DNA of 64,000 nucleotides, taken from positions 778 through 64,777 of the forward strand of contig JAJYHX010000004.1 in assembly GCA_021784575.1 (NCBI GenBank), written 5' to 3'. This document shows, piece after piece, positions 31,088 to 42,202 of the stretch (position 1 is the stretch's first letter; each line of letters opens with the position of its first letter). The notes below the pieces were generated by a model. It searched no databases. It saw only the letters and a program-made list of their open reading frames with translations, and had not been told where the DNA came from. This DNA comes from Nitrospirota bacterium. Its GTDB lineage: Bacteria; Nitrospirota; JACRHJ01. Both the position numbers and the translations under genes were made by a program.

Positions 31088-32380
31088 GTGATAACATTGA
31101 GAAAATATCTGAGCGCTGCGGTTTTTGCGTTGTTTCTTTTGTCCATAACCGCATCGGGCTGGTGCCAGACGCCGGCGCTGTGGCAGGACCCGAATACCGG
31201 GCAGGTCTTTACAAAACCGGGGAAGGGCAGAGTCCCGGTTGACCTGTCCACGCTTCAGGCGGCGCCCCAAAGCTCGCCCGCACAGGCTGCTCCGGCTCCG
31301 GCGGGGGATTACAGCAGCCAGGCGTTCAAGGACGCCGTCTTAAGCGCCGTCGGCGAGAAGAAGGCCAGGACTTACCCGAAGATAAAGATCGGCGGCCTGA
31401 TGTATGGCGAGTATTACTATAATTTCGACAAGGAAAACCCGATAGTCGAAAACGGCCACAAGGACGCCAGAAACGCCTTCGTCCTGAACAGGGGCTATTT
31501 AAACGTCTTTGCCGACCTGACCCCGCAGATAGGCGTCAGGATAACATCGGATTTAAGCCGCGTAAGCGCGCCCGGCGACAACAACAACGGGGACTATGAG
31601 TTCAGGCTGAAGTATTATTACGTGGACTTCCACAAGTTCCTTCCGTTCTATCCCGGCATGGAAGTCAAGATGGGGCAGTTCCAGACGCCGTGGCTGGACT
31701 ACGAGGAAGGGCTCTGGGAGTTCCGCGTCGTTGACAACATGCTGATAGAGAAAGAGGGTTACATAAACGCGGGCGACCTCGGCGTGGACTTCCGCGGGCC
31801 GTTCCCCAAGGGCTACGGCTCCTGGCAGGTATCCGTTGACAACGGGGAGGGCTATCACGCAGACGAGCAGAACAAGTACAAGGCGGTCGAGGCGCGGCTT
31901 ACAGTAAACCCGCTCCCGCAGATAGGCGCCCTGAAACAACTCCAGTTCTCCGGCTACGCCAAGGTTTCGCAGCAGGACTTCCTGCACAAGAACTACAGGT
32001 ATATCGCCTTCGCGGGCTACAAGTATCACGACGACGCCTTTATCGCGGGCGAGTACGACTGGACGAGCGGCAAGGACCCGGAGGGGCTGACCCATACCGG
32101 CGTGAACAACATCAAGGGCCAGGGTTTCTCCACGATGGCCTGGTACAGGATGCCTTTCTGGAAGCCCATCAGGATACTGGGTCGTTTCGACAAGTTCAGG
32201 CACGACGAAGACGCGCCGAACACCACCGTAACCAGGTGGATATACGGCGTGGCTTATGACGTCAACAAGAACGTGATGTTCGTGCTCGACAATGACAGGA
32301 CCATCACCGGCACGGCCCTGAAGAAAGTAGGCTATCTCGACAGCAACCTGGCGAAGGTGGACTTGCAGGTGCAGTTCTAA
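31088..32380 (+). CDS. Outer-membrane beta-barrel porin, probably for phosphate uptake
   Basis: Signal peptide, amphipathic beta strands, C-terminal Phe (LQVQF); first gene of the pst operon. Alternative start TTG 31097. Confidence 0.8.
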   Translation: MITLRKYLSAAVFALFLLSITASGWCQTPALWQDPNTGQVFTKPGKGRVPVDLSTLQAAPQSSPAQAAPAPAGDYSSQAFKDAVLSAVGEKKARTYPKIKIGGLMYGEYYYNFDKENPIVENGHKDARNAFVLNRGYLNVFADLTPQIGVRITSDLSRVSAPGDNNNGDYEFRLKYYYVDFHKFLPFYPGMEVKMGQFQTPWLDYEEGLWEFRVVDNMLIEKEGYINAGDLGVDFRGPFPKGYGSWQVSVDNGEGYHADEQNKYKAVEARLTVNPLPQIGALKQLQFSGYAKVSQQDFLHKNYRYIAFAGYKYHDDAFIAGEYDWTSGKDPEGLTHTGVNNIKGQGFSTMAWYRMPFWKPIRILGRFDKFRHDEDAPNTTVTRWIYGVAYDVNKNVMFVLDNDRTITGTALKKVGYLDSNLAKVDLQVQF

Positions 32381-32399
32381 TGGGGTTATTTAAAAGTTC

Positions 32400-32426
32400 C
32401 TGGATTCCCGCTTTCGCGGGAGTGAC
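32400..32426. repeat. REP-like palindromic element
   Basis: CTGGATTCCCGCTTTCGCGGGAGTGAC matches the widespread CTGGATTCCCGC-NNN-CGCGGGAATGAC type of intergenic repeat. Confidence 0.7.
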
Positions 32427-32451
32427 AGGTTGTTTAAATAGGAGATTAAAA

Positions 32452-33453
32452 ATGAAAAATGTTCTTATGATTGCAGCCGCGGCGATGCTCATTGCCGCAT
32501 CCGTCTCCACCGCCTCGGCCATGACGCTTAATGCGGCTGGCGCGACGTTCCCGTATCCGCTCTACTCGAAGTGGTTCTATTCCTATGCGAAACAGACAGG
32601 GACAAGGATAAACTATGCCGCCATAGGAAGCGGCGCCGGAATTCAGCAGATTGAGGCCAGGACGATCGATTTCGGTTGCAGCGACGCGCCGCTCCCGGGC
32701 GGTGTGCAGAGGAAAAATAACCTCTTCATGTTCCCGACCGTCGGCGGCGCCGTGGCTATGGCGTATAACCTCCCCGGCGTAAGGACGGGCCTGAAGCTTC
32801 TGCCTTCGACAATAGCCGACATATATCTCGGCAAGGTAAGGAAATGGAACGACCCGGAGATAACAAGGCTGAACCCCGGCGTGAACTTCCCCAACATGCC
32901 TGTGATAGTCGTGCACCGCTCCGACGGCTCCGGGACAACGAATATCTTCACCTGGTTCTTAAGCGACGTAAGCCCGGCATGGAGACAGCGGGTAGGCTCC
33001 GGCACGTCCGTCAACTGGCCGGTCGGCCTGGGCGGCAAGGGGAACCAGGGGGTCGCCGGAACAATACAGAAGACCCGCGGCGCGTTCGGCTATGTCGAGC
33101 TTGCCTACGTCCTCCAGAGCGGCATGACCTACGCGGCCCTGAAGAACAAGAGCGGCAACTGGGTATATCCCAGCCTTGCAAACGCCAGGGAAGCGGCCAG
33201 CCACGCGAAGATACCACCGGATTTCTATATCAAATTCACGAATTCTCCCGGCAAGAACTCGTATCCCATAGCCGGGTTCACCTTCATGCTCGTCCCGAAG
33301 AACCTTGCCCCGGCCAAGGCCGCCGCGGTAAAGAGCTATGTCAAGTGGGCCTATACGAACGGGGACAAGGACGCGTTATCGCTGGACTATGTCCCCCTGC
33401 CCGCCAGGCTCAAGACAAGAATTTTAAACGAGCTTGACAGACAGGTAAAATAA
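32452..33453 (+). CDS. pstS: Phosphate ABC transporter substrate-binding protein
   Basis: GATFPYPLY, GSGAG, RSDGSGTT, GKGN; start 32452 after a GGAG RBS. Confidence 0.96.
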   Translation: MKNVLMIAAAAMLIAASVSTASAMTLNAAGATFPYPLYSKWFYSYAKQTGTRINYAAIGSGAGIQQIEARTIDFGCSDAPLPGGVQRKNNLFMFPTVGGAVAMAYNLPGVRTGLKLLPSTIADIYLGKVRKWNDPEITRLNPGVNFPNMPVIVVHRSDGSGTTNIFTWFLSDVSPAWRQRVGSGTSVNWPVGLGGKGNQGVAGTIQKTRGAFGYVELAYVLQSGMTYAALKNKSGNWVYPSLANAREAASHAKIPPDFYIKFTNSPGKNSYPIAGFTFMLVPKNLAPAKAAAVKSYVKWAYTNGDKDALSLDYVPLPARLKTRILNELDRQVK

Positions 33454-33468
33454 AGAAGGAACGGTTTT

Positions 33469-34410
33469 TTGGCTGAGCGGCTGAGCAGAAAAAAGATAAT
33501 AAGCCCCGAAAAGATCTTTATGGGCATGACAGCTATTTTCTCCCTGTCGGTGCTGCTCATATCGGCGCTGGTGGTCTACGAGCTTTTCAGCGCCTCGGAA
33601 CCCACGTTCCACAAGTTTGGGTTTAAGTTCCTGATAACGAAGGATTGGGACCCCGTGCAGAAGGTGTACGGGGCCCTTCCTTTTATCTGGGGGACGTTCT
33701 ATACCTCCTTTATTGCCCTGCTTATCGCATTGCCCGTCAGTCTCGGCATCGCAATATTCCTCTCGGAGCTTGCGCCGGCCTGGCTGCGCAGTTCCGTGGG
33801 CTTTCTTATAGAACTGCTCGCGGCGATTCCAAGCCTGATTTTCGGCCTTTGGGGGCTTTTCGTGCTCTCGCCCCTGCTTCAGCAATATATCGAGCCGCCG
33901 CTCTCAAACCTCAGCTTCCTGCCGTTTTTCACGGGCTATCCACTGGGACTGGGATTCCTGAACGCCGGCCTTCTGCTTGCCGTTATGATAATCCCGACCA
34001 TCTCTTCCATTTCGAGGGACGTGATGTATACCGTCCCGGCCAACCAGCGCGAGGGCGGCCTGGCGCTCGGCATGACGAGGTGGGAGGTCGTCTCGAAGGT
34101 CGTCATCCCAAACAGCCGCTCCGGCATACTCGGCGCAGTCGTGCTGGGGCTTGGACGCGCACTCGGCGAGACGATGGCCGTCACGATGGTAATCGGCAAC
34201 ACGCCCCAGTTTTCGCTCTCCCTGCTCGACCCCGGCTATACCATATCGAGCGCCATAGCGAACCAGTTCACGGAGGCGTTCGACAAGCTCCAGATCTCGG
34301 CGCTCATAGAACTCGGCCTTATACTGTTCGTGATAAGCGTAATCATAAACGCGTTCGCGAAGCTTCTGATGTTCCGCATGAACCGGTTCTCCGGAGGGGC
34401 GAGGATATGA
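33469..34410 (+). CDS. pstC: Phosphate ABC transporter permease
   Basis: ELLAAIPS..FGLWG, LGRALGETMAV. Confidence 0.95.
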   Translation: MAERLSRKKIISPEKIFMGMTAIFSLSVLLISALVVYELFSASEPTFHKFGFKFLITKDWDPVQKVYGALPFIWGTFYTSFIALLIALPVSLGIAIFLSELAPAWLRSSVGFLIELLAAIPSLIFGLWGLFVLSPLLQQYIEPPLSNLSFLPFFTGYPLGLGFLNAGLLLAVMIIPTISSISRDVMYTVPANQREGGLALGMTRWEVVSKVVIPNSRSGILGAVVLGLGRALGETMAVTMVIGNTPQFSLSLLDPGYTISSAIANQFTEAFDKLQISALIELGLILFVISVIINAFAKLLMFRMNRFSGGARI

Positions 34411-35264
34411 AAACGGACTTCCGGTATATACGGCGGAAGGTGTTCGGGACGATGATGCTCGGGCTGTCTCTCCTCGCCGCTCTGGCGGCGGTATCGATGC
34501 TCTTCTGGATACTCGGCTACACGTTTGTAAAAGGAATATCAGCCGTAAATCTCGATTTCTTCACAAAGCTCCCCACTCCCGTCGGCGTCCCCGGCGGAGG
34601 TCTCGCCAACTCCATCGTCGGGAGCATCATAGTCGTCGGCATGGCGGCAATGATGGCCATCCCCGTGGGGATAGCGACGGCAATATATCTCTCGGAATAC
34701 GGCAGGGGCGCTTTCGCCTCCACCGTCCGGTTTGTCTCCGACGTCCTCGCGGGAGTCCCGGCGATAGTCGCCGGCATAGTCGCCTATGCGCTCGTTGTAA
34801 CGCGGATGCACAGGTTTTCGGCCTTCTCCGGCTCCGTCTCGCTCGCCCTTCTCATGCTGCCCATAATCATACGCTCTTCCGAGGAGATATTCAGGACAGT
34901 CCCCGACACGCTGCGCGAGGCGTCTTTCGCCCTGGGCGTCCCGAAATGGAAGACGATACTGAGCATAGTCCTGAAAACGGCAAGCGGCGGTCTTGTTACC
35001 GGCACGATACTCGCCATAGCGAGGGTCGGCGGCGAGGCGGCGCCGCTTCTCTTCACGTCGTTTTCAAACTCCTTCTGGAATTTCAACCCCGGCCAGCCGA
35101 TAGCGACACTGCCCGTGGATCTTTTCAATTATTCCATCTCGCCGTACCGGGACTGGCAGCAGAAGGCGTGGGCGGCGGCGCTCGTGCTGGTCGGTATGGT
35201 ACTTGTTCTGAATATTTCTGCCCGGCTCTATCTTGCGCGGAAAGGGTTCAAGCGAAATGGCTGA
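34407..35264 (+). CDS. pstA: Phosphate ABC transporter permease
   Basis: Start MKTDF at 34407 (ATGA overlap); [26 protein letters not shown]. Confidence 0.95.
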   Translation: MKTDFRYIRRKVFGTMMLGLSLLAALAAVSMLFWILGYTFVKGISAVNLDFFTKLPTPVGVPGGGLANSIVGSIIVVGMAAMMAIPVGIATAIYLSEYGRGAFASTVRFVSDVLAGVPAIVAGIVAYALVVTRMHRFSAFSGSVSLALLMLPIIIRSSEEIFRTVPDTLREASFALGVPKWKTILSIVLKTASGGLVTGTILAIARVGGEAAPLLFTSFSNSFWNFNPGQPIATLPVDLFNYSISPYRDWQQKAWAAALVLVGMVLVLNISARLYLARKGFKRNG

Positions 35265-36015
35265 CAAGATCGCCGTAGAAGGTTTAAACGCATGGTTCGG
35301 AAAGACGCAGGCCCTGCACGACATCAACATGGCCGTCCCGGAGAACTCCATAACGGCGATAATAGGCCCGTCCGGGTGCGGCAAGTCCACTTTCATCCGG
35401 TGCATAAACCGTATGCACGAGGAGATACGCGGGGCTTATTCAGGCGGCAGGGTAGTCCTCGACGGCGAAGACGTCTACGGCAGTGGAGTTGACCCGGTGC
35501 TGATAAGACGGCGCCTTGGGATGGTATTTCAGAAGCCGAACCCGTTTCCCACCATGTCCATCAAGGAGAATGTCGTCGCGGGAATCATATTGAACAGGAG
35601 GCTTGGCAGGCACGAGATAGACGAGACGGCGGAGACATACCTGAAGCGCGCGGCGCTCTGGGACGAAGTCAAGGACCAGCTCAACAAGCCCGGGATAAGC
35701 CTCTCCGGCGGCCAGCAGCAGAGGCTCTGCATAGCCCGCGCCCTGGCCGTGGAGCCGGAAGTGCTGCTCGCGGACGAGCCGGCCTCCGCGCTCGACCCCA
35801 TATCCACGGCAAAGATAGAAGACCTCTTTACCGACCTCAAGGAACGGTATACAATAGTGGTGGTGACTCACAACATGCAGCAGGCGGCGAGGATATCCGA
35901 CAGGACCGCGTTCTTCCTCTCCGGGCGTCTGATAGAATACGGGACGACCGACAAGATCTTCACCAACCCGTCGGACAAGAGAACGGAAGATTACATAACC
36001 GGCAGGTTCGGATAA
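35257..36015 (+). CDS. pstB: Phosphate ABC transporter ATPase
   Basis: [36 protein letters not shown]. Confidence 0.97.
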   Translation: MADKIAVEGLNAWFGKTQALHDINMAVPENSITAIIGPSGCGKSTFIRCINRMHEEIRGAYSGGRVVLDGEDVYGSGVDPVLIRRRLGMVFQKPNPFPTMSIKENVVAGIILNRRLGRHEIDETAETYLKRAALWDEVKDQLNKPGISLSGGQQQRLCIARALAVEPEVLLADEPASALDPISTAKIEDLFTDLKERYTIVVVTHNMQQAARISDRTAFFLSGRLIEYGTTDKIFTNPSDKRTEDYITGRFG

Positions 36016-36026
36016 GGAGAAAACAC

Positions 36027-36686
36027 TTGGGCAAAATACTCGAGAAAGAGCTTAGCGATTTAAAGGAGCGGCTCCTGACGATGGGTTCGGTCGTCGAGGC
36101 CCAGGTCGCGCGTTCCATCAAGTCTCTCGTTGACCGTGATAGCGACCTCGCCCGGAAGGTCATAGACGCCGACCACGAGGTAAACCGGATGGAGGTGGAG
36201 ATAGACGAGGAGTGCATAAGGCTCCTGGCGCTCAGACAGCCGGAGGCGGGAGACCTGCGCTTTATTACCACGGCCATGAAGATTGTCACGGACATAGAGA
36301 GGATAGGAGACCTCGCGGTGGACGTGTCGGAGCGCGCGATTGAGCTGAACGAGGAGCCGCTGCTGAAGCCTTACATAGACGTGCCGAGGATGGCAAAGGC
36401 CGCAAGGAACATGCTGAAGGAGGCCCTCGACGCCTTTGTAAACAGGAACTCCGAGCTCGCGTGGTCCGTCCTGGACGAGGACGACTTTGTAGACGAGCTG
36501 AACAAGCAGATATTCCGGGAGCTTCTGACGTTCATGATAGAAGACCCGCACTCCATATCCAGGGCCATAAGGATAACCTACGTATCGAAATATCTGGAGA
36601 GAATCGCCGACCACGCCACGAACATCGCCGAGATGGTTGTATACCTTGTCGAGGGCAGGCTCATAAGGCACATGGACAACCAGTAG
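36027..36686 (+). CDS. phoU: Phosphate signalling protein PhoU
   Basis: QPEAGDLR, DIERIGD, LERIADHATNIAE. Confidence 0.96.
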   Translation: MGKILEKELSDLKERLLTMGSVVEAQVARSIKSLVDRDSDLARKVIDADHEVNRMEVEIDEECIRLLALRQPEAGDLRFITTAMKIVTDIERIGDLAVDVSERAIELNEEPLLKPYIDVPRMAKAARNMLKEALDAFVNRNSELAWSVLDEDDFVDELNKQIFRELLTFMIEDPHSISRAIRITYVSKYLERIADHATNIAEMVVYLVEGRLIRHMDNQ

Positions 36687-36751
36687 CTTAGGCCCCCTCC
36701 CGGCTTCCGGAAACGAGTCTCCGGGCATCCCCGTATCGCCCGCCTAATTTC

Positions 36752-36765
36752 CTGATATCTATCAT
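36752..36765. promoter_or_regulatory. Possible Crp/Fnr-family (HcpR-type) site upstream of hcp
   Basis: CTGAT-ATCT-ATCAT resembles TTGAT-N4-ATCAA; TGCTAAAAT -10 at 36808-36816. Confidence 0.3.
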
Positions 36766-36853
36766 GTTTTTTGTTGATGCCCGCTCAGTGTATGCAGGCG
36801 CCTCCCGTGCTAAAATCTCATAAAATTAAAACCCCAACATAAGGAGACAGCGC

Positions 36854-38458
36854 ATGGGAATGTTCTGCTGGCAGTGTGAACAGGCCGCGAAAGGAACCGG
36901 CTGCACGGTCAAAGGTGTTTGCGGGAAGGACGAAAACACGGCCTTTCTCCAGGATGAGTTAATATCGGCTGTTAAAGGCATATCGCGGTATGCCTCCCGC
37001 GCCGCGAAGACGGGCAAAAGGGACGAAGAGGTAGACGTCTTCGTTACGGAGGCTCTTTTTTCCACGCTTACCAATGTAAATTTCGACCCTGCCCGCCTCG
37101 AAGACTGGCTTAAAAAGGCCGACGAGATGAGGGCAAGGGCAAAGGCGATGTGCGAGGCGGCTGGCAGGGAGCCCGAGGCGCCTGCCCTTGATGCCCTCGT
37201 GTCCATCACCGCACGGAAGGAAAAATACGGCGAGGACATAGTCTCGCTCCAGGAGCTTCTGACATACGGCGTAAAGGGCATAGCCGCTTATGCCGACCAC
37301 GCCTGTATCCTTGGGCAGACGGACGCCTCGGTCTTTCGCTTTATACACGACGCCATGAGCTATCTGGCCGAAGAAGTACAGACTATGGAGAGGCTCTTCG
37401 AGCTGGCCTTGCAGGCCGGAGCGGTAAATTTAAGGGCAATGGAGCTTCTTGACGGCGCAAATACGGGCGCGTACGGCCACCCCGTCCCGGCGAAGGTCCG
37501 GGTAACGCCCGTCAAGGGCAAGGCCATAGCAATATCCGGACACGACTTGAAAGACCTAGAAGAACTGCTTAAGCAGACCGCAGGGAAAGGGATAAACGTA
37601 TACACGCACGGAGAAATGCTCCCGGCGCACGGATACCCCGGGCTTAAGAAATACCCGCACCTGGCCGGAAATTACGGCGGGGCATGGCAGGACCAGGTGA
37701 AGGAGTTCGACGCCTTCCCCGGCGCCGTCGTAATGACGACCAACTGCATCCAGAAGCCCCGCGAAAGCTACAGGGGCAGGATATTCACGACCGGGTTGGT
37801 TGCCATGCATGGTGTTACGCACATAAAGAACAGGGATTTCTCGCCCGTAATCGAGGCTGCGCTTAATGCCCCCGGATTTGCCGAGGATGCTCCCGAACAG
37901 ACCATCCTTACGGGTTTCGCCAGGGAAACGGTTATGAGCGTCGCGGGCAAGGTCATCGATGCGGTAAAGGCCGGGAGCATCAAACACTTCTTCCTGATAG
38001 GCGGCTGCGACGGCGCAAAATCCGGCAGGAACTACTACACCGAACTGGCAATGGCCGCGCCCAAAGACTCCGTAATCCTGACGCTTGCGTGCGGAAAATA
38101 CCGTTTCAACAAGCTGGAATTCGGCGACATCGGCGGGATACCGAGGCTGCTCGACATCGGCCAGTGCAACGACGCCTATTCCGCGATAAAGATCGCCGTG
38201 GCGCTTGCCGAGGCCTTTGGAGTCGGCGTAAACGACCTGCCGCTCTCGCTCGTGCTTTCGTGGTATGAGCAGAAGGCCGTGTCGATACTCCTGACCCTGC
38301 TGCACCTCGGCATAAAGAACATCCGCATAGGGCCGTCGCTCCCGGCGTTCCTCTCGCCTAACGTCGCCGGGGCGCTGGTCGAGACATTCAATATTATGCC
38401 GATTACCACTCCGGAGGCCGACCTTAAGGCCATGCTCGGCCGGGAATCCGGGGCGTAG
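36854..38458 (+). CDS. hcp: Hybrid cluster protein (hydroxylamine/NO reductase)
   Basis: MFCWQCEQ...GC...GVCGK, SGHD, HGEMLP, TTNC, GGCDG, GQCND, WYEQKA. Confidence 0.97.
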   Translation: MGMFCWQCEQAAKGTGCTVKGVCGKDENTAFLQDELISAVKGISRYASRAAKTGKRDEEVDVFVTEALFSTLTNVNFDPARLEDWLKKADEMRARAKAMCEAAGREPEAPALDALVSITARKEKYGEDIVSLQELLTYGVKGIAAYADHACILGQTDASVFRFIHDAMSYLAEEVQTMERLFELALQAGAVNLRAMELLDGANTGAYGHPVPAKVRVTPVKGKAIAISGHDLKDLEELLKQTAGKGINVYTHGEMLPAHGYPGLKKYPHLAGNYGGAWQDQVKEFDAFPGAVVMTTNCIQKPRESYRGRIFTTGLVAMHGVTHIKNRDFSPVIEAALNAPGFAEDAPEQTILTGFARETVMSVAGKVIDAVKAGSIKHFFLIGGCDGAKSGRNYYTELAMAAPKDSVILTLACGKYRFNKLEFGDIGGIPRLLDIGQCNDAYSAIKIAVALAEAFGVGVNDLPLSLVLSWYEQKAVSILLTLLHLGIKNIRIGPSLPAFLSPNVAGALVETFNIMPITTPEADLKAMLGRESGA

Positions 38459-38494
38459 GCACAGGCTTGGTCCGGGCAAATAAGCGGCAAGGAC

Positions 38495-38530
38495 AAAAAA
38501 CCCCGCCTTAAAAAAGGCGGGGTTTTATTT
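38495..38530. terminator. Bidirectional intrinsic terminator between hcp and clpX
   Basis: AAAAAA-CCCCGCCTT-AAAA-AAGGCGGGG-TTTTATTT. Confidence 0.85.
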
Positions 38531-38580
38531 TGAGCGATAACGGGTAGCAGGGGCCATAAAATCCCCCTCGCGGACGAACC

Positions 38581-39837
38581 CTAAGAGGCCTCTTTTTCCT
38601 CTTTTTCGTAGAGGAGTATCGCCGGCTCGCGGCTGTTGATTACCTCCTCGTTTATCACGACTTCCTTGACGTTCTGCTGGGACGGCACGTCGTACATGAG
38701 GTCGAGCATGACCTCTTCGAGTATTGCCCGAAGGCCTCTGGCGCCGGTCTTCCTCTGGACGGCCTTTTTCGCGATTGCCTTCATCGCGCCGTCCGTAAAG
38801 CGGAGCTTCACGCCCTCCATCGTCATAAGCTTCTGGTATTGCTTGATAAGCGAGTTCTTCGGTTCGGTGAGGATGGCGACCAGGGCCTCCTCGTCAAGCT
38901 CAACGAGCGTGGCAATAACCGGCACCCTGCCGATGAACTCCGGTATCATGCCGAATTTCAGTAGGTCCTCCGGCTGCACCTGCGCCAGTATCTCGCCGAT
39001 TTTCCTCTCTTTTTTGGAATGCACCTCCGCGCCGAAACCCATGACCTTCTCGCCGCCCCGGTGCTCGATTATCTTGTCTAGGCCCACGAACGCGCCGCCG
39101 CAGATAAAGAGGATATTCGAGGTGTCCACCTGTATGAACTCCTGGTGCGGGTGTTTCCTGCCGCCCTGCGGCGGGACGGAGGCCACGGTGCCCTCGATAA
39201 TCTTCAGAAGCGCCTGCTGGACGCCCTCGCCGGAGACGTCGCGCGTGATGGACGGATTCTCCGACTTGCGGGAGATCTTGTCTATCTCGTCGATATAGAT
39301 GATGCCCCTCTGCGCCCGCTCGGCGTCGTAATCCGCCGCCTGGAGGAGTTTCAAGACTATGTTCTCTACATCCTCGCCGACATAACCCGCCTCGGTGAGG
39401 GTGGTTGCGTCGGCGATTGTAAAGGGCACGTCGAGCATCCGGGCAAGGGTCTGGGCCAGCAGTGTCTTGCCCACGCCTGTCGGGCCGATAAGCAGGATGT
39501 TGGATTTCTGGAGTTCCACGTCGTCGAGTTCGGTTACCGGCGTGGATATTCGCTTGTAGTGATTGTGCACGGCTACGGAAAGAATCTTCTTGGCGCGCTC
39601 CTGGCCTATGACGTATTCGTCAAGGAAACGCTTTATTTCCGCAGGCTTGGGGAGTTTGGGCTGGCCCGCGGCGCGTTCCTCGTCCCATTCCTCCGCAACA
39701 ATGTCGTTGCATAGTTCTATGCATTCGTCGCAGATAAAGACGGTGGGACCGGCTATGAGCTTCCTGACCTCGTCCTGGCTCTTTCCGCAGAAAGAACAAT
39801 GATGGACAGCCTTGTCGTTATCCGTTTTCTTCTCCAT
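38581..39837 (-). CDS. clpX: ATP-dependent Clp protease ATPase subunit
   Basis: CSFC..ICDEC zinc finger, [26 protein letters not shown]. Confidence 0.98.
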   Translation of the reverse strand: MEKKTDNDKAVHHCSFCGKSQDEVRKLIAGPTVFICDECIELCNDIVAEEWDEERAAGQPKLPKPAEIKRFLDEYVIGQERAKKILSVAVHNHYKRISTPVTELDDVELQKSNILLIGPTGVGKTLLAQTLARMLDVPFTIADATTLTEAGYVGEDVENIVLKLLQAADYDAERAQRGIIYIDEIDKISRKSENPSITRDVSGEGVQQALLKIIEGTVASVPPQGGRKHPHQEFIQVDTSNILFICGGAFVGLDKIIEHRGGEKVMGFGAEVHSKKERKIGEILAQVQPEDLLKFGMIPEFIGRVPVIATLVELDEEALVAILTEPKNSLIKQYQKLMTMEGVKLRFTDGAMKAIAKKAVQRKTGARGLRAILEEVMLDLMYDVPSQQNVKEVVINEEVINSREPAILLYEKEEKEAS

Positions 39838-39897
39838 CTGTAAAAAACCTCCTGCTACTACATGTATCGCCGTTACTTCCTTGTCAAAGTAACAATG

Positions 39898-40497
39898 CTA
39901 TAATTTCCCCGGCCCCTCCGGCAGCCTCTCGATGACGGCGTCGATAAGGCCGTATTCCTTCGCCTGGATGCCGCTCATAAAGAAATCCCGGTCCGTGTCT
40001 ATTGCGATCTTCTGGATGTCCTGTCCGGTGGCCCTGGCGAGAACCTGGTTCAGGGCCTCCTTCATCCTAAGAATTTCCCTCGCGTGGATGTCGATATCCG
40101 TCGCCTGCCCCTGAAAACCAGCCGAGGGCTGGTGTATCATAATCCTCGAATTCGGCAGGCTGAACCGTCTGCCCTTCTCGCCCGCGGCCAGGAGAAGCGC
40201 GCCCATGCTGGCGGCCTGACCGAGGCATATAGTGGATACCGGCGCCCTGACGTAATTCATGGTGTCGAATATCGCAAGCCCGGCCGTGACCACCCCGCCG
40301 GGGCTGTTGATATACAGGTGGATTTCCTTGTCCGGGTCGTCCGCTTCAAGGAATAACAGTTGGGCGATTACGGCGTTGGCGACGTCGTCGTCGATTGCGG
40401 TTCCAAGGAAAATAATCCTGTCCTTGAGCAGCCGGGAGTAAATATCGTAGGCCCTTTCGCCCCGCACCGTCTGCTCTATGACGTACGGAATGAGCAT
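39898..40497 (-). CDS. clpP: Clp protease proteolytic subunit
   Basis: DIYSRLL, INSPGG, AASMG, MIHQP, DRD. Confidence 0.98.
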   Translation of the reverse strand: MLIPYVIEQTVRGERAYDIYSRLLKDRIIFLGTAIDDDVANAVIAQLLFLEADDPDKEIHLYINSPGGVVTAGLAIFDTMNYVRAPVSTICLGQAASMGALLLAAGEKGRRFSLPNSRIMIHQPSAGFQGQATDIDIHAREILRMKEALNQVLARATGQDIQKIAIDTDRDFFMSGIQAKEYGLIDAVIERLPEGPGKL

Positions 40498-40623
40498 TAA
40501 ACCCTCCGGGAAATGGGAACTTTCAATTGGAAATAATTCCTATTGTATTTTAAACCAATTCACGCATAAAAGCAACGGCGGCCTGACTTAATTTTACCTT
40601 AAAAAAGAATTTTTGGTAAATTT

Positions 40624-41916
40624 TCAGGCGGCTTTGACCTTTTTTGACTGAGATAGCACAAGTTCGAGCGTCTTCTCCTCCCCAAGCATCCCCCTGAGCG
40701 CCTCCATTCCGCCTTCCCTCCGCGAATAGAGTTCCTTTAAATCCTTGGGGTTATGCCCCATCTGGGCCGCAAGGCGCTGTATCCCCTGCTCCAGCTCCTG
40801 GTCTGAAACCCTGACCCCTTCCTTGTCCGATATTGCGGCAAGAACAAGAGATACCTTTACCCTCTCGGAGGCCATTTTCACGGCCTCTTCCTCGAAACGC
40901 TTCATCTCGGCGCCGGCTTCTTCAGGCTTCAGCCCGGAGGATAAAAGCTCCCGGCGTTTCCTCGCCTTAAGCGAGCCTATTTCCCTGTCCACCAGGGACT
41001 GCGGCAATTCAAAATCGTGCCGCTTCCCGAGCTCTTCCATTATCTTGCCTTTCTGCATCTCGGCCTGGTTCCGGCGTTTTACGTTCAGGATGTCCTCGCG
41101 CACCTTTGCCTTCAGCTCGTCCAGGCTTTCGGCAATCCTCGTATCCTTTGCGAACTCATCGTCAAGGTCGGGGAGGATTTTCTTCTTTATGTCTTTCAGC
41201 GTTATTTTAAAGACCGCCTCCTTCCCGGCCAAGTCTGCGCTCTTGTAACCTTCCGGAAACGTTACGGTAATTTCCTTGGAATCGCCATTTTTCATCCCCA
41301 TTACCTGCTCCTCGAAGCCGGGTATGAAGCTTTCCGAGCCCAGGTTCAGGGGGTAGTTTTCGGCCTTTCCCCCGGGTATTGAGGCCCCGTTTGTGAACCC
41401 TTCAAAGTCTATCACTGCAAAATCGCCTTTTGCCGCCGGACGGTCTTCGGAGACCGCTTCCAGCGTGGAATTTACGTCCCGCAACTCAAGAAGTGCCGAG
41501 GAAAGCTCCTCCTCCGAGACGGAAAGCTCCTCTTCCGGGACTTCTATGCCGTTGTAGTCCAAGGAAATTTCCGGACGCACCTCCACTTCCGCAGTGAAGG
41601 AGACAGGCTCTCCCTTTTTAATCTTGAAATCGCTTTCGGCAAACTTCGGCTCGTCCACCGGGATAATGCCCGCATCCCGGACAGCCTGGAAGTAATTCAC
41701 CGGGATTATCCGCTCCAGGACATCGGCCTCGACGCTCTTTCCATATTTTTTTTCGAGAATCTCCCTGGGGACATGTCCAGGCCTAAAACCTTCTACTTTC
41801 ACGGACTTGTTGAGTTCCGCATAGGCCTTGTTAAGTGCGGCGCTTATGTCCTCTGAGGATATTTCGACTTTCAGGCGCTTCCTGGTCTTTGCAAGTTCTT
41901 CAATCTCGAATTTCAT
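40624..41916 (-). CDS. tig: Trigger factor
   Basis: GFRPGHVP ribosome-binding motif and FKBP domain (IDFEG, FIPGFEEQ); start MKFEI at 41916. Confidence 0.96.
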   Translation of the reverse strand: MKFEIEELAKTRKRLKVEISSEDISAALNKAYAELNKSVKVEGFRPGHVPREILEKKYGKSVEADVLERIIPVNYFQAVRDAGIIPVDEPKFAESDFKIKKGEPVSFTAEVEVRPEISLDYNGIEVPEEELSVSEEELSSALLELRDVNSTLEAVSEDRPAAKGDFAVIDFEGFTNGASIPGGKAENYPLNLGSESFIPGFEEQVMGMKNGDSKEITVTFPEGYKSADLAGKEAVFKITLKDIKKKILPDLDDEFAKDTRIAESLDELKAKVREDILNVKRRNQAEMQKGKIMEELGKRHDFELPQSLVDREIGSLKARKRRELLSSGLKPEEAGAEMKRFEEEAVKMASERVKVSLVLAAISDKEGVRVSDQELEQGIQRLAAQMGHNPKDLKELYSRREGGMEALRGMLGEEKTLELVLSQSKKVKAA

Positions 41917-41955
41917 ACGGCTATGGTCTCCTGTAGGTTCAAGTTTGGCTTTCTT

Positions 41956-42038
41956 TGGTGCGAGAGGGGGGACTTGAACCCCCATGGTTGCCCACCGGAT
42001 CCTAAGTCCGGCGCGTCTGCCAGTTCCGCCACTCTCGC
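41956..42038 (-). tRNA. tRNA-Leu(TAG)
   Basis: GCGAGAGTGGCGGAACTGGCAGACGCGCCGGACTTAGGATCCGG...GTTCAAGTCCCCCTCTCGCACCA; long variable arm; CCA encoded. Confidence 0.97.
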
Positions 42039-42202
42039 GAAACCTTAAAGTTTTAAATTTATCATAACCCGTGATTTTAATCAATATTTTTAATTCCATG
42101 TTTACCTTTCGCACGGGCCGGTTTTATATTCTTGACAACGGGATACCGATTCCAGTAGGCTTACGTAACGGACGGTTCCCGAGATTTTTTTTGCCGGAGC
42201 GG

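Noticed and set aside
33645-34406. 539-aa ORF suggesting a pstC-pstA fusion or frameshift
   Set aside because: It is an alternate open frame over pstC; pstA has its own RBS and an ATGA-coupled start at 34407.
41917-42114. N-terminal extension of tig in the ORF track
   Set aside because: It overlaps tRNA-Leu and its promoter; the real start is MKFEI at 41916.
42071-42202. Fluoride riboswitch upstream of crcB / longer crcB start
   Set aside because: No GGCGATGG...TGA-type consensus seen; the extension is promoter-like DNA.
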